Part shown: piece by piece, positions 9,884-18,717 of the stretch
Layout: every line of letters starts with the position of its first letter
Position numbering within the stretch: the first letter of the stretch is position 1
DNA from: an uncultured Mucilaginibacter sp.
GTDB lineage: Bacteria > Bacteroidota > Bacteroidia > Sphingobacteriales > Sphingobacteriaceae
NCBI GenBank assembly: GCA_965650195.1
Contig: CBFGNU010000001.1
Span: forward strand, 1-49,731
Direction: 5' to 3'
Length of the DNA stretch: 49,731 bases
The notes under the pieces: model-generated
Databases searched by the model: none
Seen by the model: only the letters and a program-made list of their open reading frames with translations
Told to the model about the DNA's origin: nothing
Translations under genes and position numbers: made by a program

Positions 9884-10090
9884 TTAAGCAGCTTTGCGAT
9901 AATTATAGGCCCACTTTACAAACAATCTAAGGTAGTAGATCACAAATACTACAATGGCAATTTCTAATATGCCGGTGAACATCGGATCAAAAGCGGCAGA
10001 CCTTTCAGGGAAGAAAACATGTATAATAAACTTCGCCCCGAAAATCAGGACCAACACAATTGATGCTACCGGGAATTTACCAACTCTCAT
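9884..10090 (-). CDS. Small two-TM hypothetical membrane protein (68 aa)
   Basis: ATG at 10090 in AT-rich context, two hydrophobic segments, basic tail; co-directional with hpt. Confidence 0.55.
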   Translation of the reverse strand: MRVGKFPVASIVLVLIFGAKFIIHVFFPERSAAFDPMFTGILEIAIVVFVIYYLRLFVKWAYNYRKAA

Positions 10091-10188
10091 ATTTGTTTGT
10101 TTATAGCCGTAAATGTACTTATTTTGACCGAATTGCCTCAAAGTTTATGCAACTCAAAAACACACCAATATCGCTATCTTTGCCACCC

Positions 10189-11421
10189 ATGACGGAATAC
10201 CAGGTGCATACGCTTGCCAACGGCATAAAAATACTACACAAACACAGTACATCGCCTATTACGCATTGCTGTTTTATGGTTAATGCCGGGTCGCGCGATG
10301 AGCCTGAGAATAAGGAGGGGCTAGCGCATTTTATTGAGCATTTGTTGTTTAAGGAAACAGAGCGCCGCAGTACCAACCAGATATTAAACCGGCTTGAACT
10401 GGTGGGGGCAGATCTGAATGCTTATACCACCAAAGAGTATACTTGCGTACACGCATCGCTGCTTAAGCCACATTTAGAACGCGCTATTGATCTGTTTGAG
10501 GATATTGTTTTTCATTCCACATTCCCTGCTGAGGAGTTGGAGAAAGAACGAGGCGTAATATTGGATGAAATAGCGTCCTACCTTGATCAGCCCGAGGAAG
10601 CTATTCAGGATGATTTTGAAGCGATGTTGTTTAAGGGCCATGCTATGGGCAACAATATTCTGGGTACAACTCAAACCGTTTCAGCTTTCAGCAAGGAGGA
10701 TATTCAGCAATTTATTAAAAATAATTACAATACCTCTGAAATGATCTTCGCCGTGTTTGGCGATTATACCTTCGATAAAGTAATAAAGCTGGGAGAAAAA
10801 TATTGGGGTCAAATTCCGGCTAACCATCCGGTGAAGAACCGCATTAAGCCGCATAATCATGGCCTCACCAAAACTATTGTGCGTAAACCCATATCGCAAA
10901 CACATTGTATCCTGGGCAACCAGGCCTATCCCGCCATGCACCCTAATAAAACAGGATTGCTGCTGCTTAACAATCTTTTAGGCGGTATGGGTATGAGCAG
11001 CAGGTTGAATCTTGAGATTCGCGAGAAACATGGTATAGCCTATACAGTAGAATCTAACTACACTTCGTTTTCGGATACGGGAATATTCTCCGTTTATTTT
11101 GGTACAGATACCGAAAAAGCAGAGAAGGCCATAAAGTTGGTTCACAAAGAACTTAAAAAGCTCCGCGACCAGTCGCTTGGTGTTTTGCAGTTGCACCAGG
11201 CTAAACAAAAGTTTATAGGCCAAATTGCCTTGGCCGAAGAGAACCGCATGAGTTTAATTTTATCTATCGCTAAAAGTGTGCTCGACTTTAACTGTGCCGA
11301 TACCTTGCAGCAATTGTTTGATAAGATAAATAAAGTAACGGCCCCGCAGTTGTTAGAAATAAGCAACGAGATTTTTGATACGAATAAGCTAACCACCCTT
11401 TTGTTCGAGCCGGAACAGTAA
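10189..11421 (+). CDS. M16 (pitrilysin) family zinc metallopeptidase
   Basis: GSRDE, HFIEH (HxxEH), NAYT, SSRLNLEIREKHG; start reassigned to ATG 10189 behind TATCTTTG promoter box. Confidence 0.93.
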   Translation: MTEYQVHTLANGIKILHKHSTSPITHCCFMVNAGSRDEPENKEGLAHFIEHLLFKETERRSTNQILNRLELVGADLNAYTTKEYTCVHASLLKPHLERAIDLFEDIVFHSTFPAEELEKERGVILDEIASYLDQPEEAIQDDFEAMLFKGHAMGNNILGTTQTVSAFSKEDIQQFIKNNYNTSEMIFAVFGDYTFDKVIKLGEKYWGQIPANHPVKNRIKPHNHGLTKTIVRKPISQTHCILGNQAYPAMHPNKTGLLLLNNLLGGMGMSSRLNLEIREKHGIAYTVESNYTSFSDTGIFSVYFGTDTEKAEKAIKLVHKELKKLRDQSLGVLQLHQAKQKFIGQIALAEENRMSLILSIAKSVLDFNCADTLQQLFDKINKVTAPQLLEISNEIFDTNKLTTLLFEPEQ

Positions 11422-11473
11422 CAGGCTACGCTTGTGTTATTAAATTATTAAAATAAACCTGTAATTTTGTGGT

Positions 11474-12046
11474 ATGAAATATCCTATTATCGCCTATGGA
11501 AGCCCGGTTTTACGCAGAAAAGCAACTGCGATAGAACCAGCTGAATATCCGCATATAAAAGAATTGGTGGCCGACATGTTTGAAACTATGCACGGGGCAC
11601 GTGGTGTTGGTTTAGCGGCTCCGCAAATTGGTCTGAGCATGCGTTTGTTTGTGATTGATGCTACCCCGTTTGATGATGATGAACCCGAACTGAAGGACTT
11701 TAAAAAAGTGTTTATTAACGCCTGTATATTAGATGAAAGCGGCGAAGAATGGTCGTTTAATGAAGGTTGTTTAAGTATACCCGATATACGTGAAGATGTA
11801 ATGCGTAAGCCTGTGATCAAAATATCTTACTATGATGAGAACTGGAAACATTATGAGGAGACTTTTTCTGGCATGGCGGCCCGCATTATCCAGCACGAGT
11901 ACGACCATATAGAAGGTAAATTATTTACAGATAAACTAAGCCCGTTACGCAAGCGCTTGTTAGAGAAAAAGCTGGGCGATATATCGCGCGGAATGGTTGA
12001 CGTTGAATATAAAATGAAGTTCCCGGCGGTTAAAAAAGGACGGTAA
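11474..12046 (+). CDS. def: Peptide deformylase
   Basis: GVGLAAPQIG, EGCLS, QHEYDH motifs. Confidence 0.97.
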   Translation: MKYPIIAYGSPVLRRKATAIEPAEYPHIKELVADMFETMHGARGVGLAAPQIGLSMRLFVIDATPFDDDEPELKDFKKVFINACILDESGEEWSFNEGCLSIPDIREDVMRKPVIKISYYDENWKHYEETFSGMAARIIQHEYDHIEGKLFTDKLSPLRKRLLEKKLGDISRGMVDVEYKMKFPAVKKGR

Positions 12047-12673
12047 TTAGTTTTCTTCTTTCCTGGCCTTATCGCCTGCGGCGATATCCCGTATTAAACT
12101 ACCCCAGGCAAACGGATTTAGCAACGGATTGGTAAATGAGTGTGAATTGGCTACGGCGTTGTGCTTATCCTGCGCGTTAAAGCTTTCATAACCACTTAGC
12201 GGTAAGGTTTTCATCATGGTGTGGATAGATGTCGCGCTCAGGTTTTTACGGGCAATTTCCAGATCGTCGTCGGCAACCTTCATCGCAAGGAAATCATGCC
12301 TGAATTCATCCGTAGTGGCCCATGGAAAGATGCGAACCATTGGCAGATTAATAACCTGGGCACGCATGCGGATCTCAACTATCAAACTCTTTTTAGTAAT
12401 ATCTTTAGGTACAGCAATTGTAGTGGGATTATAGCCTACGCTTGAGAATTTGAGACTATCCTGCTCATGTACAACAAACGAAAAATAGCCTTCGTAGTTG
12501 GCAGCGCCTACCTGTTTACCTGTAGTAACATTGGTAACAGTTACATAAGGCACTACAGAATTATTATCAGCATTGTATATAATACCGCTGAATTGCACCA
12601 ATGGCTTGTCCGCATTTTGAGCGAACGAAGTCAGGCTGCAAGCCAATAGCAATATGCCGATAAGGTATTTCAT
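12047..12673 (-). CDS. Secreted protein with carboxypeptidase-regulatory-like (CarbopepD_reg_2) domain
   Basis: Signal peptide; FSG..VPYVTV..ANYEGYFS..DSLKFSSVGY pattern; NPFAW tail. Confidence 0.75.
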   Translation of the reverse strand: MKYLIGILLLACSLTSFAQNADKPLVQFSGIIYNADNNSVVPYVTVTNVTTGKQVGAANYEGYFSFVVHEQDSLKFSSVGYNPTTIAVPKDITKKSLIVEIRMRAQVINLPMVRIFPWATTDEFRHDFLAMKVADDDLEIARKNLSATSIHTMMKTLPLSGYESFNAQDKHNAVANSHSFTNPLLNPFAWGSLIRDIAAGDKARKEEN

Positions 12674-12770
12674 TATTTTTTCAGTCTCTTATGCCTGTTA
12701 AAACGGATAAAAATACTTTTTAGTTTTAAAGCTACAGCAAGCTTGCTGCTACTTTAACAAACATTAACAC

Positions 12771-13049
12771 TTATCTTAAATTTTCCGGTAGCACCGCGTT
12801 CGGATCGTCAATGTCTGTCAGGTTCACGGCCTCAACACCTGTTATCTGCGGCACCGCTTTTCTTATAGCGCCTTCAATGCCGGCTTTAAGCGTCATTATA
12901 CTCATGGGGCATGAGCCACACGAACCCAATAACTTAAGCCTAACTACATTATCCGCAGTTATCTCCTCAACCGAAACGTTGCCGCCATCCGTTTCCAAAT
13001 ACGGACGGATGCTGTCCAACGCTTCTTCCACCTGCTCTAATAAAGTCAT
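12771..13049 (-). CDS. NifU/Nfu-type Fe-S cluster carrier
   Basis: IRPYLETDGG, GSCGSCP CxxC, TLKAGIE. Confidence 0.93.
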   Translation of the reverse strand: MTLLEQVEEALDSIRPYLETDGGNVSVEEITADNVVRLKLLGSCGSCPMSIMTLKAGIEGAIRKAVPQITGVEAVNLTDIDDPNAVLPENLR

Positions 13050-13073
13050 TTTTACTATTTTAAAGTAAAGTTA

Positions 13074-14165
13074 TTAATTATTTACAATATTAACGCTATT
13101 TGCCAGCGCGTTAGCTACCGATACCTGCTGCGCCACACGATTAGCAATTTCGGTAAAGGCATTAACCATCAGCTCGTGCTCATCAGCTAAAACAATGGGT
13201 TTGCCCGCGTCGCCGCTGTCACTTATGCTTTTTACCAGCGGGATCTCTCCTAAAAACGGTACTTCCAATTTCTCAGCCAATCGCTTTCCCCCACCCTGAC
13301 CAAAAATGTAATACTTGTTATCCGGCAATTCGGCAGGAATAAAGTACGACATGTTCTCTACTATCCCCAGCAGCGGTACAATAATGGCGTCCATTAAAAA
13401 CATACCGATCCCTTTTTTTGCATCGGCCAGCGCGACGTTTTGTGGTGTGGTAACTATTACCGCTCCTGTTATCGGGAAGGTTTGTGTTATGGTGATGTGT
13501 ATATCGCCGGTGCCGGGTGGCAAATCCACCACCAGGTAATCCAGCTCGCCCCAATCGGCATCATTAAACAGTTGTTTTACTGCTGTTGATACCATTGGTC
13601 CGCGCCAGGGCACGGGTTGGTTAGGATCTGTAAAGAAGCCTATAGAAAGCAGTTTAATGCCATATTTCTCAATCGGCTCAATACGTGTTTTGCCATTTAC
13701 GTTGCTGGCTTGTGGTTTGGCGCCCTCTAAGCCGAACATAATAGGCACCGACGGCCCATAAATATCAGCATCAATCAAACCCACGCTTGCGCCGCTTTTT
13801 GCCAGGCCGAGCGCCAGGTTAGCCGCCACGGTTGATTTACCCACTCCACCTTTACCCGATGCCACGGCAATTATATTCTTCACGCCGGGTACGCCGGTGT
13901 TCTTTTGCGAGGTTACCCGCGAGGTCATGTTAATAGTCACCTCAACATCCTTGCTTATAAAATGGCTGATGGCATTACGGCAGGCGTGTTCAATAAGCGC
14001 TTTTAACGGACAGGCAGGTGTAGTCAACACAACCGAAAAGCTGAGGCGGTTACCCTCTATCACAATATCCTGTATCATGTTCAAGGTAACCAGGTCCTTT
14101 TTTAGGTCGGGTTCTTCTACGTTGCCAAGCGCCTGTAAAACTGTTTCGCGGGTGAGATTTATCAT
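13074..14165 (-). CDS. mrp: Mrp/NBP35 (ApbC) Fe-S cluster carrier ATPase
   Basis: N-terminal DUF59-like LTTPACP, SGKGGVGKST Walker A, DADIYGPS, WRGP, DLPPGTGD, ENMS; start at ATG 14165. Confidence 0.95.
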   Translation of the reverse strand: MINLTRETVLQALGNVEEPDLKKDLVTLNMIQDIVIEGNRLSFSVVLTTPACPLKALIEHACRNAISHFISKDVEVTINMTSRVTSQKNTGVPGVKNIIAVASGKGGVGKSTVAANLALGLAKSGASVGLIDADIYGPSVPIMFGLEGAKPQASNVNGKTRIEPIEKYGIKLLSIGFFTDPNQPVPWRGPMVSTAVKQLFNDADWGELDYLVVDLPPGTGDIHITITQTFPITGAVIVTTPQNVALADAKKGIGMFLMDAIIVPLLGIVENMSYFIPAELPDNKYYIFGQGGGKRLAEKLEVPFLGEIPLVKSISDSGDAGKPIVLADEHELMVNAFTEIANRVAQQVSVANALANSVNIVNN

Positions 14166-14251
14166 TGTGTACAAAATTAGCAAAATATTGCGGGTGGGTT
14201 TGTCATGGTAATGATAAAAGATGGTGAGTGGGCTTCAGCGCCGGGGTGAGC

Positions 14252-14449
14252 GTTTCACGAAAATATGAAACATAGTGAAACGGATGAAACGCAATTTTTA
14301 ATTAACTATTTAAATATCAAATAATTAAATATTTGCGATGAAACACTGTGAAACTACTTATTCGTCAGGAAGATTAGCTGTAAAATGTAAGTAATTGCTT
14401 GTTTAACAGATGTTTGTGAAATGGGGTCAATTTTGTTACGGGGTGAAAC
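14252..14449 (+). repeat. Dispersed att-site-like element, copy 1
   Basis: Six TGAAAC boxes plus one inverted, TATCAA-N4-TTA box at 14315-14327, 36-bp core at 14349-14384 matching 43323-43358 at 33/36. Confidence 0.75.
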
Positions 14450-14582
14450 GCGGGAGGCTGGGCTGAAGAGAGTTATTCTTTATCCCTTTAGTTAAATTGT
14501 AGATAAGCATAAATGCGTTTTGTGTACCGCCAAAATAATAGGATCACCATTAATTATTCCCTCAAACCTTTATCTTTAATCA

Positions 14583-15355
14583 ATGAAAACAATGAACCTT
14601 AAGCCCCAGGCACAGGTTGCGGCATATGTAGAAAGGATATTGGTGCTTGAGCATTACGATATCAGCATGCCGTTTTCGTTACCGCTATTTGCAAATGGGT
14701 CGCCAACATTGCTTTTCACCTCGGCCAGGAGTATTATAGGAAAACCCCGGCAGCTCATCTCACTCTTTTCGGGCAAACAGTTCTTCCCGAAACTTTATTT
14801 ATGAATGAGGGCTTCCTGCTGATCGCTTATTTTTTAAAACCTTATGCCTTATTTTCCATCTTTGGCATTACCGCGCTCGAATTAACCGACAGGCCCGTTG
14901 AGCTAAGCTTATTGGCAAAACGAGGAACAGCCGAATTACAGGATAGGTTATTGAACGCACATTCAGTAGAAGATAGCATTGCCTTATTGAATGCATATTT
15001 AACCGGTTTAATTGCCGATGCCAAAACCGATAACCGTGGTATTACTTATGCTGCTGATATTATAGCCCACCGGCCATCGCCGGAAATTTTGCTGCATGTG
15101 CAAAATGAGTTGAATGTAACGGAAAGAACCTTTCAAAGAATGTTTGAAAAGAATATCGGATTAAACCCTAACCTGTACAGGCGTATCAGGCAATTCAATT
15201 CCGCTTTTCAACAGCTTAACGCGGGTAAATACACCAAACTTTCAGATATCGCCTTTCAAAACGGTTATGCCGACCAAAGCCATTACGTTCGCGCATTTAA
15301 AGAATTTACGGGGATTACCCCGAAGGATTATGTGAATTTTAGTTCTGGGGGTTAA
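14583..15355 (+). pseudogene. AraC-family regulator split by a -1 frameshift near 14741-14748
   Basis: ORF 14583 gives the N-terminus; the -1 frame from about 14744 continues TPAAHLTLFGQTVLPE into ORF 14801 ending in an AraC HTH (GYADQSHYVRAFKEFTGITP). Confidence 0.8.
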
Positions 15356-15382
15356 GGGGCTAAAAGCCCGGGCCAAGAGCGA

Positions 15383-15491
15383 TTCCCTCCCTTGGGAGGG
15401 TGCAGGGAGGGGTTTAATGAATTTTTTATTATAGCCAACAAACCCCTACCCGCCACTGCACAGTCAACCGCACCCTTCCCCGAGGAAGGAG
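15383..15491. repeat. REP-like GC-rich inverted repeat (CCCTCCCTTGGGAGGG type)
   Basis: Left arm ttccctcccttgggagggtgcagggaggggttt; imperfect reverse complement at 15440-15491. Confidence 0.7.
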
Positions 15492-15579
15492 TTTTAGCGA
15501 AAAGCAGAATGTCGGTTTCATTCTATTTTGCACATAAGCACCGCAGTAATTTTACGGCAGTTATTTAAACACGAAAAAC

Positions 15580-16002
15580 ATGAACGACAAAATGTACCCT
15601 TGCTTATGGTTTGACGGACAAGCCAAAGCTGCTGCAGACTATTACTGCTCTATTTTTAAAAACTCAGCCATATTAAGCGAAAACCCTATTGTGGTTCAGT
15701 TTGAATTGAATGGCTCTAAGTTTATGGCCTTAAACGGCGGGCCAAAATATAAGCCTACACCCGCCAACTCTTTTGTTATTGAATGCGAAACGCAGCAAGA
15801 AATAGATCATTATTGGGAAAAACTGGGCGAAGGTGGCCGGTATGACCAATGCGGCTGGCTGGATGATAAATTTGGTTTTTCGTGGCAGATAGTGCCCTCG
15901 GTTTTGCATAAACTAATGGCCGACCCGGATAAAGCCCCACGGGTAGTTAATGCTTTTATGCAGATGTCTAAATTTGATATCCAAACATTAATGGATGCGT
16001 AA
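15580..16002 (+). CDS. VOC/PhnB-like (3-demethylubiquinone-9 3-methyltransferase family) protein
   Basis: PCLWFDGQA, FMALNGGP, CETQQEIDHYW, CGWLDDKFGFSWQIVP. Confidence 0.9.
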   Translation: MNDKMYPCLWFDGQAKAAADYYCSIFKNSAILSENPIVVQFELNGSKFMALNGGPKYKPTPANSFVIECETQQEIDHYWEKLGEGGRYDQCGWLDDKFGFSWQIVPSVLHKLMADPDKAPRVVNAFMQMSKFDIQTLMDA

Positions 16003-16022
16003 TGACTTAGCTCACATAAATA

Positions 16023-16063
16023 CTTGCAGCATAGCAGGGTGACAACCCCTGCTATGCTACAAG
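16023..16063. terminator. Hairpin between convergent genes, probable terminator
   Basis: cttgcagcatagcaggg-N7-ccctgctatgctacaag stem-loop. Confidence 0.6.
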
Positions 16064-16064
16064 C

Positions 16065-17171
16065 TTAATTTATTGGGCGCAGCAGGCGGTTCCAGCGTAT
16101 GCCGCTTAAAATATTTTTGGTGGAGTCTGTACTGAACCAGGTTAGCTTGGCTTTGCCAATGATGTGATCCTCGGGCACGTAACCCCAAAAGCGGGAGTCT
16201 AACGAGTCGTGGCGGTTATCGCCCATCATCCAGTAATAATCCATTTTAAAGGTGTAGGCAGTTGCCTTTTTACCATTGATGTAAATGTCTTTGCCTTTTA
16301 CATCAACCTTGTTGTTCTCATACACCTCGATAGCACGACGGTATAAGCTAAGCGTTGAATCATTAAGCTGAACCGTCCAGCCCTTGGCGGGCATCTTAAA
16401 CGGACCGTAGTTATCTAAATTCCATTTAAAATGGTCGTTATGCGGAAACACCTCGGCGTCATACGTGCCCGCCGGCTGAACCATGGGCTGTACGCCTTTT
16501 ATGTTGACTATGCTTTTAAAGGCAGCCAGCTGGTCGCCGGGGATGATCATTTCAAAAGTATTTGCGCTGTATTGCTGGCGCACCGTAATGCGCATATCCT
16601 CTAACATTTTGGGGTTAAGTTCAGCGCCGTCTGTCACAACCGCGTACGATGTTTGCGCCTTGGGTGCGTTAGGCATAGCCTTGCCATTAATATATACCTG
16701 CGAGTTAATAATAGTAAGAACATCGCCGGGTGTGGCCTGGCAGCGTTTAATTAAGGTTGTGCGTTCATCAATCGGGATATTATATTCCGGACCGGCTTCA
16801 TCAGGTTTATTAAAAACCACTATGTCACCTTTTTTAGGTGATGAGAATCCCGGCAGGCGCATGTAAGGCAGTTGTATACCGCTCCAGTAAGTTTTCACTC
16901 CACCCACAACAGGCTCGGTAAACGGGAAGGCAATGGGGGTAATGGCCATACGCGGCCCGTAGCTTATCTTACTTACAAACAAATAATCGCCGGGCAGCTG
17001 TGTGCCTTCCATTGAGCCGGAAGGGATAGCGTAGGCAGAAAACAACAATCCGCGCACAGCAGTTGAAACCACCAATGCGAATACCAAAGCATCCACCCAC
17101 TCGCGGGTTTTGCTTTTTTTAACTTTAGGCTTATCTGTTTTTTTTCTGAAAAGATTGATCTTCCAATTCAT
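16065..17171 (-). CDS. lepB: Signal peptidase I
   Basis: IPSGSM catalytic Ser, GDYLFVSK, IKRC catalytic Lys, MGDNRHDSLDSRFWG; start at ATG 17171. Confidence 0.95.
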   Translation of the reverse strand: MNWKINLFRKKTDKPKVKKSKTREWVDALVFALVVSTAVRGLLFSAYAIPSGSMEGTQLPGDYLFVSKISYGPRMAITPIAFPFTEPVVGGVKTYWSGIQLPYMRLPGFSSPKKGDIVVFNKPDEAGPEYNIPIDERTTLIKRCQATPGDVLTIINSQVYINGKAMPNAPKAQTSYAVVTDGAELNPKMLEDMRITVRQQYSANTFEMIIPGDQLAAFKSIVNIKGVQPMVQPAGTYDAEVFPHNDHFKWNLDNYGPFKMPAKGWTVQLNDSTLSLYRRAIEVYENNKVDVKGKDIYINGKKATAYTFKMDYYWMMGDNRHDSLDSRFWGYVPEDHIIGKAKLTWFSTDSTKNILSGIRWNRLLRPIN

Positions 17172-17236
17172 AAGCAAGGGTTTGGTTATGAATTGGACTG
17201 CGGGAGGGCGGATTTGTTACAGCCCCATAAGGTCTC

Positions 17237-17503
17237 TTAATTATAACCTATTGGATACCATACGCCCCTGACGTTAGATGCCAAAATATTTGGCAGGACA
17301 TGATTTGCTTCAAGTGTGGATACATCAATATTCTCAATTGTCCTTTTCATCGGCGGAATGGCGCGACCTTTAAACACGGTAGTTCCCAATATATTAATAG
17401 CATCATCATAAGTTAGGGCAGTTACGCCACATCCCATATGCAAACCTAACCCAGTTACGTCATGCAGGTTAAATTCAAACCAAAATCTTATCAACTTTAC
17501 CAT
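17237..17503 (-). CDS. Hypothetical protein (88 aa)
   Basis: ATG-started ORF with TAACTTAG promoter-like box 5 nt upstream; motif-like RFWFEF, GCGVTA, RGVWYP segments. Confidence 0.7.
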   Translation of the reverse strand: MVKLIRFWFEFNLHDVTGLGLHMGCGVTALTYDDAINILGTTVFKGRAIPPMKRTIENIDVSTLEANHVLPNILASNVRGVWYPIGYN

Positions 17504-17588
17504 CTATTCTAAGTTACGTACCGCATGCCCACCTAACCGATACGCAGATTGTTTCTATTAATAAATGTCGATAAAATATGATGAGTTA

Positions 17589-17684
17589 TTACACACTCCG
17601 ACGCCGGGCCGTTAATAGATATGAAATCGCAATACAACTTGCCGGTATAATAACGTACAGAGACGATAGAATTATGTTTCCCAT
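17589..17684 (-). CDS. Candidate 31-aa single-TM small protein
   Basis: MGNIILSSLYVIIPASCIAISYLLTARRRSV followed by two stops; A-rich leader with A at -3. Confidence 0.45.
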   Translation of the reverse strand: MGNIILSSLYVIIPASCIAISYLLTARRRSV

Positions 17685-17949
17685 GGTCGTTTAAGTTAAT
17701 TGTTGGTTAATTATTTAAACGTAACGCCGAAAAATATAGTTTATCTATTTGCCTTTAAATAGCACTTTTAAGTATTATGAAAATATTTGTTAATACACTT
17801 ACGATATTTGTATTGATGATACAAAATCATTGAGAGAATTTGGTTGAACACCCCTGAAGTAGCCGCTACATTGTTTTATTACGTAGCCTTATTCATGATA
17901 AATATGCCTAAAAAGTGCAAGAAAGGAACATTTCCAAAGAGTTTAAGCG

Positions 17950-18717
17950 CTAAAATTCCATTTCCAACAGCACCGGGCAATGGTCAGAATGCTTTGCTTC
18001 GGGCAGGATAGCTGCGCGTTTAATATTGTCTTCCAGCTCTTTACTCGCCATGGCATAATCAATGCGCCAACCCAGGTTTTTAGCGCGGGAGTTAGCGCGG
18101 AAACTCCACCAGGTATAGTTATGCGGTTCTTTGTTTACATGCCTGAACGTATCCACAAACCCCGATTCAATAAAATTTTCCATCCACTCGCGCTCCTCGG
18201 GCAAAAAGCCTGATGAGTTAGCGTTTGATTTTGGGTTATGGATATCAATTGGCCGGTGGCAAATGTTATAGTCGCCGCAAATAACAAGGCGCGGATGCTC
18301 AACTTTAAGCAGCGTTAAATATTTACCAAACTCATCCAAAAAGCGGAACTTGAATATCTGGCGCTCCTCACCACTTGATCCCGAAGGGAAATAAGCGCTC
18401 ATTACCGATACCTCATCAAAATCAACCCGAATGCAGCGGCCCTCGCGGTCAAAATCCGCAATGCCGCAGCCATACTCTACATGGTTAGGTGTACGTTTGG
18501 TTAATATGGCTACACCGCTGTAACCTTTCTTTTCAGCAGGGAACCAATAATGCTTATAACCTAGAGCTTCAACCAGGTGCAGATCGGTCAACACATCAGG
18601 TGTCGCCTTAATTTCCTGTAAACAAACCACATCAGCATTGGTAGCCTGCAGCCAGGCCAGCCAGTCTTTATTAATTGCGGAACGGATGCCGTTAACGTTA
18701 TAGGTAATGATTTTCAT
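17950..18717 (-). CDS. xth: Exodeoxyribonuclease III / AP endonuclease
   Basis: YNVNGIRS, CLQEIK, GYSGVA, GDYNICH, GWRIDY, SDHCP. Confidence 0.96.
   Translation of the reverse strand: MKIITYNVNGIRSAINKDWLAWLQATNADVVCLQEIKATPDVLTDLHLVEALGYKHYWFPAEKKGYSGVAILTKRTPNHVEYGCGIADFDREGRCIRVDFDEVSVMSAYFPSGSSGEERQIFKFRFLDEFGKYLTLLKVEHPRLVICGDYNICHRPIDIHNPKSNANSSGFLPEEREWMENFIESGFVDTFRHVNKEPHNYTWWSFRANSRAKNLGWRIDYAMASKELEDNIKRAAILPEAKHSDHCPVLLEMEF

Noticed and set aside
14252..14449. TGAAAC repeats as a CRISPR array
   Set aside because: Units are 6 bp at about 10-bp spacing, with no 25-45 bp repeats, no spacers and no cas genes.
17700..17949. AT-rich stretch as a possible ncRNA or mobile-element remnant
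   Set aside because: No stable stem, terminal repeats or recognisable motif seen.
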